A stretch of 64,000 nt of DNA, taken from NCBI GenBank assembly GCA_963728915.1, contig CAVSLV010000002.1:33457-97456 (forward strand). Reading direction: 5' to 3'. This DNA comes from an uncultured Gemmatimonadales bacterium. Its GTDB lineage: Bacteria > Gemmatimonadota > Gemmatimonadetes > Gemmatimonadales > GWC2-71-9. The translations under genes were made by a program, and so were the position numbers. Below the pieces are notes generated by a model. That model made no database searches, was not told the DNA's origin, and saw only the letters and a program-made list of their open reading frames with translations. This document shows positions 25,678-34,530 of the stretch, one piece after another. Each line of letters opens with the position of its first letter. Within the stretch, counting starts at the first letter, position 1.

Positions 25678-27201
25678 TTGCGCCCCATGAACCTCAAGCG
25701 CGTCAAACCGATCTGGGCCGTATCGGCCATGGCCGTCCTGATGGCCTGGCCTGCGATATACAACGGATTTCCGCTCTTGTATCCGGATTCCATGTCCTAC
25801 CTGGAAGCGGGTCCCCTGGTGGTTCGCGGATTGTTCCACCATGTGTTTCCACTCCAGTATTCCGTCCGCGGGGTTCTCTATTGTCTGGCGATCTGGCCAT
25901 TGCATTGGAACATTACAGCCTGGCCTGTGGTCGCCGCCAACGCATGCCTGACCGCCTTGGTCCTGTGGCTGCTGGTGCGCGCCCTGGTGCCGCGGCGAAG
26001 TACCGAGGCATATCTGGCCGTGGGTATCGGGTTGTGTCTGTTCACGGGCCTGGGCTGGTACGTCGGCTTTGTGATGCCGGACATTCTCGGCCCGGTGCTT
26101 TACATCTGTTTTTTTCTGTTGTCGTTCATGCCGCAGACCCTGTCGCGAATCGAGCGCTGGACGATCGTGCTGATCGCATGGTGGTCCATCACAGCCCACG
26201 CGTCACACCTGCTCCTGGCGGGCGGATTGTGTCTGGTGATCCCGGTACTTCTGGGACTGCAGCACCGGGGCGCGCGCCGTTCACTCGGCGCAGCGGCATT
26301 GCTCTGCACTATCACGGGGCTCGCGGCGCTGGCTCAAATGGGGATGCACGCACGTTTGTACGGCCAGGCGTCGCTCAACGGCAAGCGACCCCCATTTCTG
26401 CTGGCGCGCGTGATCGCCGATGGCCCCGGCCGCACCTACCTCCAGCAGTATTGCCGCAAGAATCCAGCGCCGGATCTCTATATGTGCCGGTTTGTGGACA
26501 AGCTGCCCGACAATGCCGCCGACTTCCTCTGGGCGCCCGAGGGGATCCGGTCAAGCGCCACCGCAGAGCAGCGAGACGAACTGCGAAAGGAAGAACTGCC
26601 CCTGGTGCTCGGAACGCTCAGAACCTACCCGATGGAGGAATTGCGCATCTCGGCCGGCCACTTCTGGCGACAGCTCAATGCATTTGGCCTCTTCAATTAT
26701 TCGCCCAATCCGTGGATTCGGGAGATGTTCGCCACGATTATGCCCGGTGCCCGGGCAAACTATTTGAAGAGCCGCCAGGTCAGGGAGTCCCTCCACGTGG
26801 CATTCTTTACCAGGCTGCAGAAATGGACCGTGGGCATCTCGCTGGTGGTGTTGGCGATGACGCTGCTCGTGGGGCGCCGGATGTGGACCAGGGAACTGGC
26901 GGGACTTTTGGGAGTGATCACTTTTGTGATCGTGGCGAACGCCGCGGTGACGGGCATTCTGTCGAACGTCGAAGACCGGTATCAGGGGCGGGTAATCTGG
27001 ATGATTCCGCTCTTGGCGGGGTTGGCGGTCGCGGCGTGGCTGAGACGGGGGGACGGCCACCCTGTTGCTGGGAGCCCGGTCCCTCCTACCGTCCGGGAGC
27101 ACCCGGGTAGCGAGACGCCCTCAGGCTACCAGCGGAGCAGGCAGCTCCCCCAGACGAACCCGGAGCCGAAGGCGGTGAACCCCACCAGGTCTCCGGGGTG
27201 A
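25678..27201 (+). CDS. Polytopic integral membrane protein of unknown function (GT-C-like topology is speculative)
   Basis: A 507-aa ORF with about 10 hydrophobic segments, a large soluble loop and LLYPDSMSYLE in the first loop. Its codon usage is visibly more AT-rich than its neighbours. Confidence 0.65.
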   Translation: MRPMNLKRVKPIWAVSAMAVLMAWPAIYNGFPLLYPDSMSYLEAGPLVVRGLFHHVFPLQYSVRGVLYCLAIWPLHWNITAWPVVAANACLTALVLWLLVRALVPRRSTEAYLAVGIGLCLFTGLGWYVGFVMPDILGPVLYICFFLLSFMPQTLSRIERWTIVLIAWWSITAHASHLLLAGGLCLVIPVLLGLQHRGARRSLGAAALLCTITGLAALAQMGMHARLYGQASLNGKRPPFLLARVIADGPGRTYLQQYCRKNPAPDLYMCRFVDKLPDNAADFLWAPEGIRSSATAEQRDELRKEELPLVLGTLRTYPMEELRISAGHFWRQLNAFGLFNYSPNPWIREMFATIMPGARANYLKSRQVRESLHVAFFTRLQKWTVGISLVVLAMTLLVGRRMWTRELAGLLGVITFVIVANAAVTGILSNVEDRYQGRVIWMIPLLAGLAVAAWLRRGDGHPVAGSPVPPTVREHPGSETPSGYQRSRQLPQTNPEPKAVNPTRSPG

Positions 27202-28121
27202 AGGCGGCCGGCCCGGACGCACTCGTCGAGCGCCACCGGAATGGTCGCGGCGGTGGTGTTCCCATATCGCTGGATGTTGTTGTACACCTGATCGTCCCGC
27301 AGACCCAGCTCCTTCTGCACCGACTCGGAAATCCGCAGGTTGGCCTGGTGGGGAATCAGCAGCGCCAGGTCGGCGGGCGCCAGGCCGGTGCGGGTTAGGA
27401 CGGCGCGGACCGACTCCGGCATCCGCACCACCGCGTGCCGGAAAACCTCCCGACCGTCCATCCGGAGCCAGTACTTCCCTTCCGCCTCCTCCCTGGCCCA
27501 CTGGTCGGGGGGGACCAGCGCTCCCGGTCCCTCGACCCAGAGCTTCTCGGCGTACTGTCCGTCGGTGTGAAGATCGAAGCCCAGGATGCCCCGTCCGGGC
27601 TCGTCGGTCGGGCCCAGCACGACCGCGCCCGCACCGTCGGCAAAGATCACCGCGGTATGGCGGCCCTCGGTCGAGAGATCCATCCGGGTGGACTGGATTT
27701 CCTGGCCCACCACGAGGACGCGCTGGAACATCCCGGTCCGGATGTAGGCATCGCCCAGGGACAGCGCGAAGACGAAGCCGGCGCATTGCATCCGGAGATC
27801 GATGGCCGGGATGGTGGTGGTGATCCCCAGCTCGCGCTGGAGGTACACTCCGTTGCCCGGGGTGAATCGATCGGGCGTGCTGGTGGCGTAGATGATGGCA
27901 TCGAGATCCCCCGGGGCAAGAGCCGCGGCGGCCAGCGCTTCGAGCGCGGCGCCCCGGCCCAGTCCGACTCCGGTTTCGCCCGGGGTGATCCAGTGTCGCT
28001 CCTGGATCCCGGTGCGGGTCCGGATCCATTCGTCGGAGGTATCCATGAGCCGGGACAGCTCGTCATTGGTGACGACCCGGTCGGGGAGGGCCTTGCCGGT
28101 CCCGAGGATGATGGAGCGCAT
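27126..28121 (-). CDS. fabH: 3-oxoacyl-[ACP] synthase III
   Basis: Active-site motifs MQCAGFVFAL (Cys), IPHQANLRI (His) and YGNTTAATIP (Asn). Confidence 0.92.
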   Translation of the reverse strand: MRSIILGTGKALPDRVVTNDELSRLMDTSDEWIRTRTGIQERHWITPGETGVGLGRGAALEALAAAALAPGDLDAIIYATSTPDRFTPGNGVYLQRELGITTTIPAIDLRMQCAGFVFALSLGDAYIRTGMFQRVLVVGQEIQSTRMDLSTEGRHTAVIFADGAGAVVLGPTDEPGRGILGFDLHTDGQYAEKLWVEGPGALVPPDQWAREEAEGKYWLRMDGREVFRHAVVRMPESVRAVLTRTGLAPADLALLIPHQANLRISESVQKELGLRDDQVYNNIQRYGNTTAATIPVALDECVRAGRLHPGDLVGFTAFGSGFVWGSCLLRW

Positions 28122-28123
28122 TT

Positions 28124-28245
28124 GAAGGTGCTGGGGGCTCGGGGTTAGGGGCTAGGGGGAAAGATGAGGGGCCAGGGAATCCATGCCTATAGGCAGCTCC
28201 CTGACCCCAAACCCCAGCCCCTAATACCTAGTACCCAGCACCTAC
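28124..28245. repeat. Long imperfect intergenic palindrome (REP-like element / terminator) between the efflux permease gene and fabH
   Basis: The outer stem pairs GAAGGTGCTGGG with CCCAGCACCTAC. The middle stem pairs TAGGGGCT with AGCCCCTA. The inner stem pairs GGGGCCAGGGA with TCCCTGACCCC around a 19-nt loop. Confidence 0.7.
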
Positions 28246-28248
28246 TCC

Positions 28249-29463
28249 CTATTCATACCTCAACGCATCAATCGTATTCAGGTTCGCTGCCCGCCAGGCG
28301 GGCCACAGCCCGAAGAAGAGACCTACCAGCGCGCTGAACGCGAAGGCGAGCCCCACCGATTCGGGCGCGATGTAGGTGTTCCACTTGGCAAAGTGAGACA
28401 TCAGCATGGCCCCGCCGGTGCCGGCCATGACGCCCAGCATGCCGCCGAACAGACACAGCACCAGGGCTTCGATCAGGAACTGGAGCAGCACGTTGGTTTT
28501 CGTGGCGCCCAGCGCCTTGCGGATCCCGATTTCCCGGGTCCGTTCGGTGACCGAGACCAGCATGATATTCATGATCCCGATCCCGCCGACGATCAGCGAG
28601 ACGAAGGCAATGCCGCCCAGAAGCAGCTTGAAGGTCTGGGTGGTTTCCTGCTGGGTCGCCAGAATGTCCTGTTGATTCCGGATTTGAAAGTCGTTGTCGC
28701 CACCGGGCCTGATCTTGTGCTCCCGGCGCAGCACCCGCTCGATGTCCACCATGCCCTGCTCGAGACTGAACTGGTCCTTGACCACCACGGCCACCGAGCG
28801 CAGCCGGTCGGTGCCGAACATCCGGTACTGCGCGGTCTTGAGGGGGATCAGGACCTGCTCGTCGAGGTTCATGAACGAGCCCTGGGAGCCTTTCTCGCTC
28901 AGGACTCCGATAACCTCGAACGGCTGCCCCCGGACCTGGATCATCTGGTGGATCATTGCCGCGGGATTCACGTTGAACATGGTGGGGACCGCCGCGCCGA
29001 GCACCGCATAGCGCTGCCGCGAGGCATCGTCGCCCGCGGTGAACATCCGGCCGAACGGCACCGTGTAATTCCGCACGTCGGTGTAGTTCGCCGTGGTGCC
29101 GATGATATTGATGTTGAAGTTCCGGTTCCCGTACTTCACCTGGAGCGAGCGCTGGAGCTCCGGCTCGACCGCCGCCAGCATGGTCGCGTCGCTGGTGAGC
29201 GCTTCGGCGTCCTTGACCGTGAGGCTGACCCGCACGTCACTGGCCCGGCCCATCGAGAACGACTGACCCGGGTTGATGGTGAGCAGCCGGGCACCGAGCG
29301 CCTGGATCCGCTCCTCCACCGCGCGCTGGGCGCCGGTGCCGAGCGCGACGACCGCGATGACCGCGCCCACCCCGATGATGATGCCGAGCATGGTGAGAAG
29401 CGCGCGGAGCTTGTGTTCCCGGATGCTGGAGAACGCCACCCGGACCGTTTCGCCGATCATCAT
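28249..29463 (-). CDS. ABC transporter permease, MacB/FtsX family
   Basis: A MacB_PCD-like periplasmic domain lies between TM1 and TM2. The C-terminal FtsX region is REIGIRKALGATKTNVLLQFL. Confidence 0.88.
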   Translation of the reverse strand: MMIGETVRVAFSSIREHKLRALLTMLGIIIGVGAVIAVVALGTGAQRAVEERIQALGARLLTINPGQSFSMGRASDVRVSLTVKDAEALTSDATMLAAVEPELQRSLQVKYGNRNFNINIIGTTANYTDVRNYTVPFGRMFTAGDDASRQRYAVLGAAVPTMFNVNPAAMIHQMIQVRGQPFEVIGVLSEKGSQGSFMNLDEQVLIPLKTAQYRMFGTDRLRSVAVVVKDQFSLEQGMVDIERVLRREHKIRPGGDNDFQIRNQQDILATQQETTQTFKLLLGGIAFVSLIVGGIGIMNIMLVSVTERTREIGIRKALGATKTNVLLQFLIEALVLCLFGGMLGVMAGTGGAMLMSHFAKWNTYIAPESVGLAFAFSALVGLFFGLWPAWRAANLNTIDALRYE

Positions 29464-29476
29464 GGCGTGATCCTCC

Positions 29477-31087
29477 TCACGGCCTCCCGGCTCCGCCGCC
29501 GGTACCGCTGGTCGGGGGCCGCGCGGTGCCCGTGGTGGTGGCGCTGCCCTGTGACATGCCGGGCACCGCGCCGCCCCCGGTCATCCGCTGGAACCGCTCC
29601 TTGGCGTCCTGCTGCGACTGCACCAGGCTCGCACTCGGGAGGACCAGCACGGAATCGCTCTCGGAGAGTCCGCTCACGATTTCGCTGTAGTCGAGATCGG
29701 TGAGCCCGCTCCGGACGTAGCGCGGGGTCGGCTCGCCTCCCTTCCCCGGCAGGAACACGATGTAATCGCCGCCGAACTGGAATTCGTTGCCCTGGCGCCG
29801 GCCACCGAATCCGCCACTCTGCCCACCGAACCCTCGACCTCCGCCGGCGCCGCCGTTTCCGCCTCCCATGGCGCCGGTCGCGCGGAGCTTGGTCATCACT
29901 TCCTGATCGGCAGAGGTGAGCTGTTCCTGGCTCCGGAACTTCGCAAACACCGCTTCGACCTGTTTGGCAGTCACTCCCTCGGGGAGCTGGATCTCACGCC
30001 CGTTCGGCATGGTGTAGACATTGCCCGCGGGCTTGGGCGCGGGCGCTGCCGCAGAATCCTTCTTCGCAGAGTCTCCGGTCGCGGCGGCCACCCGGCTCCG
30101 CACGGAATCCCGCACCTGCTGGGCCTGGGCCAGGAGGGTCTGAAGCCGGTCGGCGGGAATCCCGAGCACCTGCGCCGCGCTCGCCACGTCGCGGGTGGTC
30201 CGCAGCGCCGCGTTCGGCACTGCGAGCACATTCTCCCGCCGCCCGATGTGAATCTCCACGTCGGCGTTCATCCCCGGCTTGAGCAGTCCGTTCTGGTTCT
30301 GGATCCGGATCAGCACCGGGAACATGGTGACGTTCTGCGACGTCTCCGCCTGCGGCTCGACCTTGAGGACCTCACCCTGGAACGGCTGGTTGGGATAGGC
30401 GTTGACGGTCACGGTGGTGCGAAGCCCGGGGCTGATCTTCCCGATATCGGTTTCGTCCACCAGGGTCCGGACCTGAACCAGATTGAGGTCGGCCATCTTG
30501 AGCAGCACGGTGCCGCCGCCGACGTCCGAGGTCGGCGAAGAGATGACCTGACCGCGCTCGACGCTCTTCAGAATGACCGTGCCGCTGATCGGGGCGCGCA
30601 CTTCGGTGTCTTCCATCGCGATCTTGGCATTCTCGACCGCGACGTCCGCCGCCACCACCGCGGCCTTGGCGTTGGCAACCGCGAGCACCGCATTCTCGTG
30701 CTCTTCCTGCGAAATGGACTGGGACTTGAAGAGCTCGTCGGCGCGGGCCCGCTGCGCTTCCGCGTTGATCAGGCGGGCCTTGGCCACATCGAGGTCGGCC
30801 TGGGTCTGGTTGAGCCGGTTGCGGGGCGTGCGCTGATCCACCCGAACCAGCAGCGTCCCCCGCTCGACGTTCTGCCCGGTTTCGGCCCGCATGTCGAGGA
30901 TTTCGCCCGAGGCCTTGGACTTCACCTCCACGACCGTGTCGGGCTGGATCACGCCGGTGGCCCGGGCCGACACCACGATGGTGCGACGCTCGACCGGCAC
31001 CGCCTGGTAGAGCACCGGCTTGGGTTTCTCCTTGCAGCCGATTGCCGCCAGGCCAAGCAGGACAGGAACCAATCTGGACTTCCGCAT
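29477..31087 (-). CDS. Efflux periplasmic adaptor (HlyD/MacA family) with Gly-rich C-terminal extension
   Basis: Lipobox GLAAIGC. Contains a biotinyl-lipoyl-like domain, a coiled-coil hairpin and a beta-barrel (VRAPISGTVI). Ends in low-complexity GGGNGGAGGGRGFGGQSGGFGG. Confidence 0.85.
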   Translation of the reverse strand: MRKSRLVPVLLGLAAIGCKEKPKPVLYQAVPVERRTIVVSARATGVIQPDTVVEVKSKASGEILDMRAETGQNVERGTLLVRVDQRTPRNRLNQTQADLDVAKARLINAEAQRARADELFKSQSISQEEHENAVLAVANAKAAVVAADVAVENAKIAMEDTEVRAPISGTVILKSVERGQVISSPTSDVGGGTVLLKMADLNLVQVRTLVDETDIGKISPGLRTTVTVNAYPNQPFQGEVLKVEPQAETSQNVTMFPVLIRIQNQNGLLKPGMNADVEIHIGRRENVLAVPNAALRTTRDVASAAQVLGIPADRLQTLLAQAQQVRDSVRSRVAAATGDSAKKDSAAAPAPKPAGNVYTMPNGREIQLPEGVTAKQVEAVFAKFRSQEQLTSADQEVMTKLRATGAMGGGNGGAGGGRGFGGQSGGFGGRRQGNEFQFGGDYIVFLPGKGGEPTPRYVRSGLTDLDYSEIVSGLSESDSVLVLPSASLVQSQQDAKERFQRMTGGGAVPGMSQGSATTTGTARPPTSGTGGGAGRP

Positions 31088-31839
31088 CAGGACCCTCGTG
31101 GAGTGGTGACGTCGCGCTCGACCATCCCGTCCCGCAGGTGGACCTGACGGTGGGCGTGCGCCGCGATGTCGTGTTCGTGAGTGACGAGGATGATGGTCTG
31201 CCCTTCCTGGTGCAGCTGGTCGAACAGGGCCAGGATCTCCTCGCTGGTTTTCGAATCGAGATTGCCGGTGGGCTCGTCGGCCAGAATGATGCTGGGGTGA
31301 TTCACCAGCGCCCGCGCGATCGCCACGCGCTGCCGCTGCCCGCCGGAGAGCTCGTTGGGCCGGTGGGTCATCCGGTCGCCGAGGCCGACCCGCTGCAGCG
31401 CCTCACTGGCGGCTTTGCGCCGGTCCTTGGAACCGACTCCTCCATAGATCATCGGCAGCTCCACGTTCTGGAGCGCGGTGGCCCGGGGCAGCAGGTTGAA
31501 GGTCTGGAAGACGAACCCGATTTCCTTGTTCCGGATCCGGGCCAGCTCGTCGTCGCCCAGCTCGGAGACCCGGTGCCCGTTGAGCCAGTATTCGCCTTCG
31601 GTGGGCGAATCGAGGCAGCCGATCAGGTTCATCAGGGTGGACTTGCCCGACCCCGAGGGACCCATGATCGCCATATACTCGTTCCGCCGGATGGTGAGAT
31701 CCACCCCCCGCAGAGCCCGAACGATTTCGGCGCCCATCTGGTATTCCCGTTTCATGTTCCGCACGACGATCACGGCATCGCGGGGCACATCCGAGGGGAG
31801 CATGGCCATGCGTTCAGCGGTGTTGGATACCGCGGTCAT
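31087..31839 (-). CDS. ABC transporter ATP-binding protein (MacB/LolD-type)
   Basis: Walker [10 protein letters not shown], signature LSGGQRQR, Walker [12 protein letters not shown] and H-loop VTHE. Confidence 0.92.
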   Translation of the reverse strand: MTAVSNTAERMAMLPSDVPRDAVIVVRNMKREYQMGAEIVRALRGVDLTIRRNEYMAIMGPSGSGKSTLMNLIGCLDSPTEGEYWLNGHRVSELGDDELARIRNKEIGFVFQTFNLLPRATALQNVELPMIYGGVGSKDRRKAASEALQRVGLGDRMTHRPNELSGGQRQRVAIARALVNHPSIILADEPTGNLDSKTSEEILALFDQLHQEGQTIILVTHEHDIAAHAHRQVHLRDGMVERDVTTPRGS

Positions 31840-33209
31840 AGCGGCCTCCCGATGAGGGCGGAAAGTTGGGCGCGGGCGCGGATATAGTCGAACCGGGCGG
31901 TGACCGCGTCCACTTCGGCCTGGTTCAGCGCTTCCTGCGAGGTCAGCACATCAACAATGGTCGAGGCGCCGAGCCGGAAACGTTCCTGCTGGACCCGGAG
32001 ATCCTCACCGGCGGCCTGCACGCTGGTCTGGGTGATCCCGAGCCGGAGCCGGGCCGCCTCGAGCGACGCCAGGGCCGACGTCACACTGGCGAGGACCTGG
32101 CGGCGGGCTTCCGCGGCGTTGGCGTCGGCCAGCTCCGCACTCGACACCGCGGTCGCGATCGATTGCTCCCGCTGAAACCGGTTGAAGATCGGCCAGCTGA
32201 GCTGAAGATTGAACTGGCGCTGCTGAAGGAAGTTGTAGTCGTTCTGCCGGCTTCCGTTCAGGGAGATCTGGGTCGAAAGGCTGAGGGTCGGAAAGTACGC
32301 CGCCTTGGCGACGCCGACCGAAGCGCGGGACGACATCGCCGAGGCTTCCGCGGCAATCACCGACGGCGCTTTCGCGAGGGCTTCGCTCCGAATGGCGTTG
32401 GTGTCGACGGTGCTCATGATCTGATAGAGCGCGGTGTCGTCCACCGCGCCGACCGGACCATCGGCGCCGACCAGGCGTCCCAGGTTGGCCTGAGCCACCT
32501 CGAGGCTGGTCTGCGCCTGGAGCAGCTGCAGCCGTGCGTTCCCCAGGGTCACCAGCGAACGAAGCGAATCGGAGCGAATGCCCCGGCCGGCATGGAGCAG
32601 CGACACCGACACGTTGAGCTGTTCCACGGCGCGCCGCACGCTGGCCTGGCGCACCGTGAGAAGCTGCTCCGCGGCCAGCACGTCGAAGTAGGTATTCGTC
32701 GTGGTGAGCTGCTGGTTGAACTGCGCGTTCACCAGCCCGGCCTCGGCGGCGTTCTCATTGGCATTCGCCGCCTTCCGCTCACTGGTGCGGCGGAATCCGG
32801 CGAACAGATCGATGCTCGAGCTGACGCTGCTGTTGACACTTCGATTGGTGCTGCCGCTGGTGACGATCTGTCCGGTGCTGGGATCGACCCGGGCTCCTTC
32901 GGAATAGAAATCGCCAATCGACCCGTTCAGGTTGAAGGTCGGGAGAAAGGCGCCCAGCGAGGACCGTTTGCGAGCTGCGGCGTTGCGCACCGAGCCGAGC
33001 GCGGAGACCACACTCGGTTGCACCTGGTTGGCCCGCGCGATCGCTTCGGCGAGGGTCATCCGGGGGACATCCAGGCCGGGCGCCCTGCGCATCGTGTCCA
33101 CGACTTGCGCGGCCGCCGATCCGGTCACTCCGACCAGGCCGAGGGCGAACAACAGGAGGGCCGCGTTACGGCCGGGACGGCGGGGCATTCCGATTCCTTT
33201 CCGGTCCAT
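31836..33209 (-). CDS. TolC-family outer membrane efflux protein
   Basis: Signal peptide present. Two internally repeated OEP halves with long helical segments. ATGA overlap with the ATPase gene. The start may be the internal ATG at 33188. Confidence 0.88.
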   Translation of the reverse strand: MDRKGIGMPRRPGRNAALLLFALGLVGVTGSAAAQVVDTMRRAPGLDVPRMTLAEAIARANQVQPSVVSALGSVRNAAARKRSSLGAFLPTFNLNGSIGDFYSEGARVDPSTGQIVTSGSTNRSVNSSVSSSIDLFAGFRRTSERKAANANENAAEAGLVNAQFNQQLTTTNTYFDVLAAEQLLTVRQASVRRAVEQLNVSVSLLHAGRGIRSDSLRSLVTLGNARLQLLQAQTSLEVAQANLGRLVGADGPVGAVDDTALYQIMSTVDTNAIRSEALAKAPSVIAAEASAMSSRASVGVAKAAYFPTLSLSTQISLNGSRQNDYNFLQQRQFNLQLSWPIFNRFQREQSIATAVSSAELADANAAEARRQVLASVTSALASLEAARLRLGITQTSVQAAGEDLRVQQERFRLGASTIVDVLTSQEALNQAEVDAVTARFDYIRARAQLSALIGRPL

Positions 33210-33582
33210 TCGCCTTGCGAAGGCTGTCCTGGCGCTGGATGATGGCGTTGTACCTGGCCTGCTGCTCCGGCGTCAGGATCGCGAACACTTCCTGGCGAAC
33301 GGTCACCCGTTCCGATTCCATCTGAGGGAATTTCGAGCGAATCTCCGTCCAGATCGAATCCATGGTCGGCTGGTGCCGGTCCAGGACCGCCTGGATCCGA
33401 TCCTTCTGTTCCTGGTTCAGATCGAGATCCTGGGCCAGCCGCTCCACATAGGTCGGGCGGGGACGGCGACTGCTCTCATGGGCCTTCCGCTCGGCGAAGC
33501 TGGTCAGGGAGCCGCCCAGGAGACCGCCCAGCACGAAGGTGGCGACCAGCATCGCGGCGGCGCCGATGCGCGACCGGGTCAT
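33166..33582 (-). CDS. Periplasmic LTXXQ/Spy-CpxP-like (heavy-metal-resistance type) protein
   Basis: The signal anchor is AAAMLVATFVLGGLLGG. Helical motifs are LDLNQEQKDRIQAVL and LTPEQQARYNAII. The gene has an ATGA overlap with the upstream gene. Confidence 0.65.
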   Translation of the reverse strand: MTRSRIGAAAMLVATFVLGGLLGGSLTSFAERKAHESSRRPRPTYVERLAQDLDLNQEQKDRIQAVLDRHQPTMDSIWTEIRSKFPQMESERVTVRQEVFAILTPEQQARYNAIIQRQDSLRKANGPERNRNAPPSRP

Positions 33583-33923
33583 CGTCGCTCCATCAGGGCG
33601 GACATGATCTCGTCCACCTTGGGCGGCTGGGGCGACAGCACGGTGTGGGCGGGGAGCGAGGCCACCATCACCCCGCTGTCCGGCGCCGGTCCCGAGGCGA
33701 GCCAGCCCCCGAACCAGAGGAGCAGCGCGGCGGCGATCGCCGCCGCCATAACCCGCGGACGGGCCCACCCGGCCAGCACGTCCCATTGGGTCCCCGGTGC
33801 GGCGCCGATGAGCGCGCCCCGGAGCCGGCGCAGAAACGCCTCCGGCTCGGGCCCGGTGAGCTCGGCCCGCAGAACCCGGCCGAGCGCTTCGTCCGGCTGA
33901 TTGTCGAATTCCGATTGCATCAT
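33579..33923 (-). CDS. Putative anti-sigma factor (single TM)
   Basis: ATGA overlap with the ECF sigma stop. A short cytoplasmic N-terminus precedes the TM segment VMAAAIAAALLLWFGGWL. Confidence 0.55.
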   Translation of the reverse strand: MMQSEFDNQPDEALGRVLRAELTGPEPEAFLRRLRGALIGAAPGTQWDVLAGWARPRVMAAAIAAALLLWFGGWLASGPAPDSGVMVASLPAHTVLSPQPPKVDEIMSALMERR

Positions 33924-34489
33924 TTCATTCCCTCCGCCAGAGTCCCCAGCACGCGACGCATCGCGCGGCGTGCGTGAAAGACATAGGATCGCACCGTTCC
34001 TTCGGGCACGCCGAGCGACTCGGCAATCTCGGCGTGGCCCCACCCTTCCGCATCGAACAGCACCAGCGCGATACGCTGCCGCTCGGGCAACGTGGCCAGC
34101 CCGGCCTGCAGCTTTTCCCGGAGCAGGGCGGCTTCGGCCCGGCGATCGGGACTCAACCCGCCCGATTCCAGCGAGTCCACGATCGGCTCGGCCTGTCGTA
34201 CCCGGCTGCGGCGGCGCGAGTCGAGCGCCGCATTCACCACGATTCGCATGAGCCAGGGGCGGAACGGCCGGGCAGGGTCATAGCGATCAATGGCTCGCCA
34301 CGCGGCAAGCACGCCTTCCTGGACCGCGTCATCCGCATCGTCGTCATCGCGGAGGATCGCCCGCGCGGCCCGCCGCGCTGCCAAGCCGTACCGCTCAACC
34401 AACTCACCAAAGGCGTCCGATTCGCCTCGCGCAGCCTTCCGGGCGAGCTCGGCGTCTTCCACGTCCGAGTTACGCAGGGCAGTCTCCAA
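33920..34489 (-). CDS. ECF RNA polymerase sigma factor
   Basis: Region 2 is DADDAVQEGVLAAWRAIDRYD...FRPWLMRIVVN. Region 4 is HAEIAESLGVPEGTVRSYVFHARRAM. The start is uncertain: TTG at 34489 or GTG at 34462. Confidence 0.85.
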   Translation of the reverse strand: METALRNSDVEDAELARKAARGESDAFGELVERYGLAARRAARAILRDDDDADDAVQEGVLAAWRAIDRYDPARPFRPWLMRIVVNAALDSRRRSRVRQAEPIVDSLESGGLSPDRRAEAALLREKLQAGLATLPERQRIALVLFDAEGWGHAEIAESLGVPEGTVRSYVFHARRAMRRVLGTLAEGMK

Positions 34490-34530
34490 GCGTTGAAACC
34501 GTTGTGGAACCGTAACCTGTCCGGTTGCAG

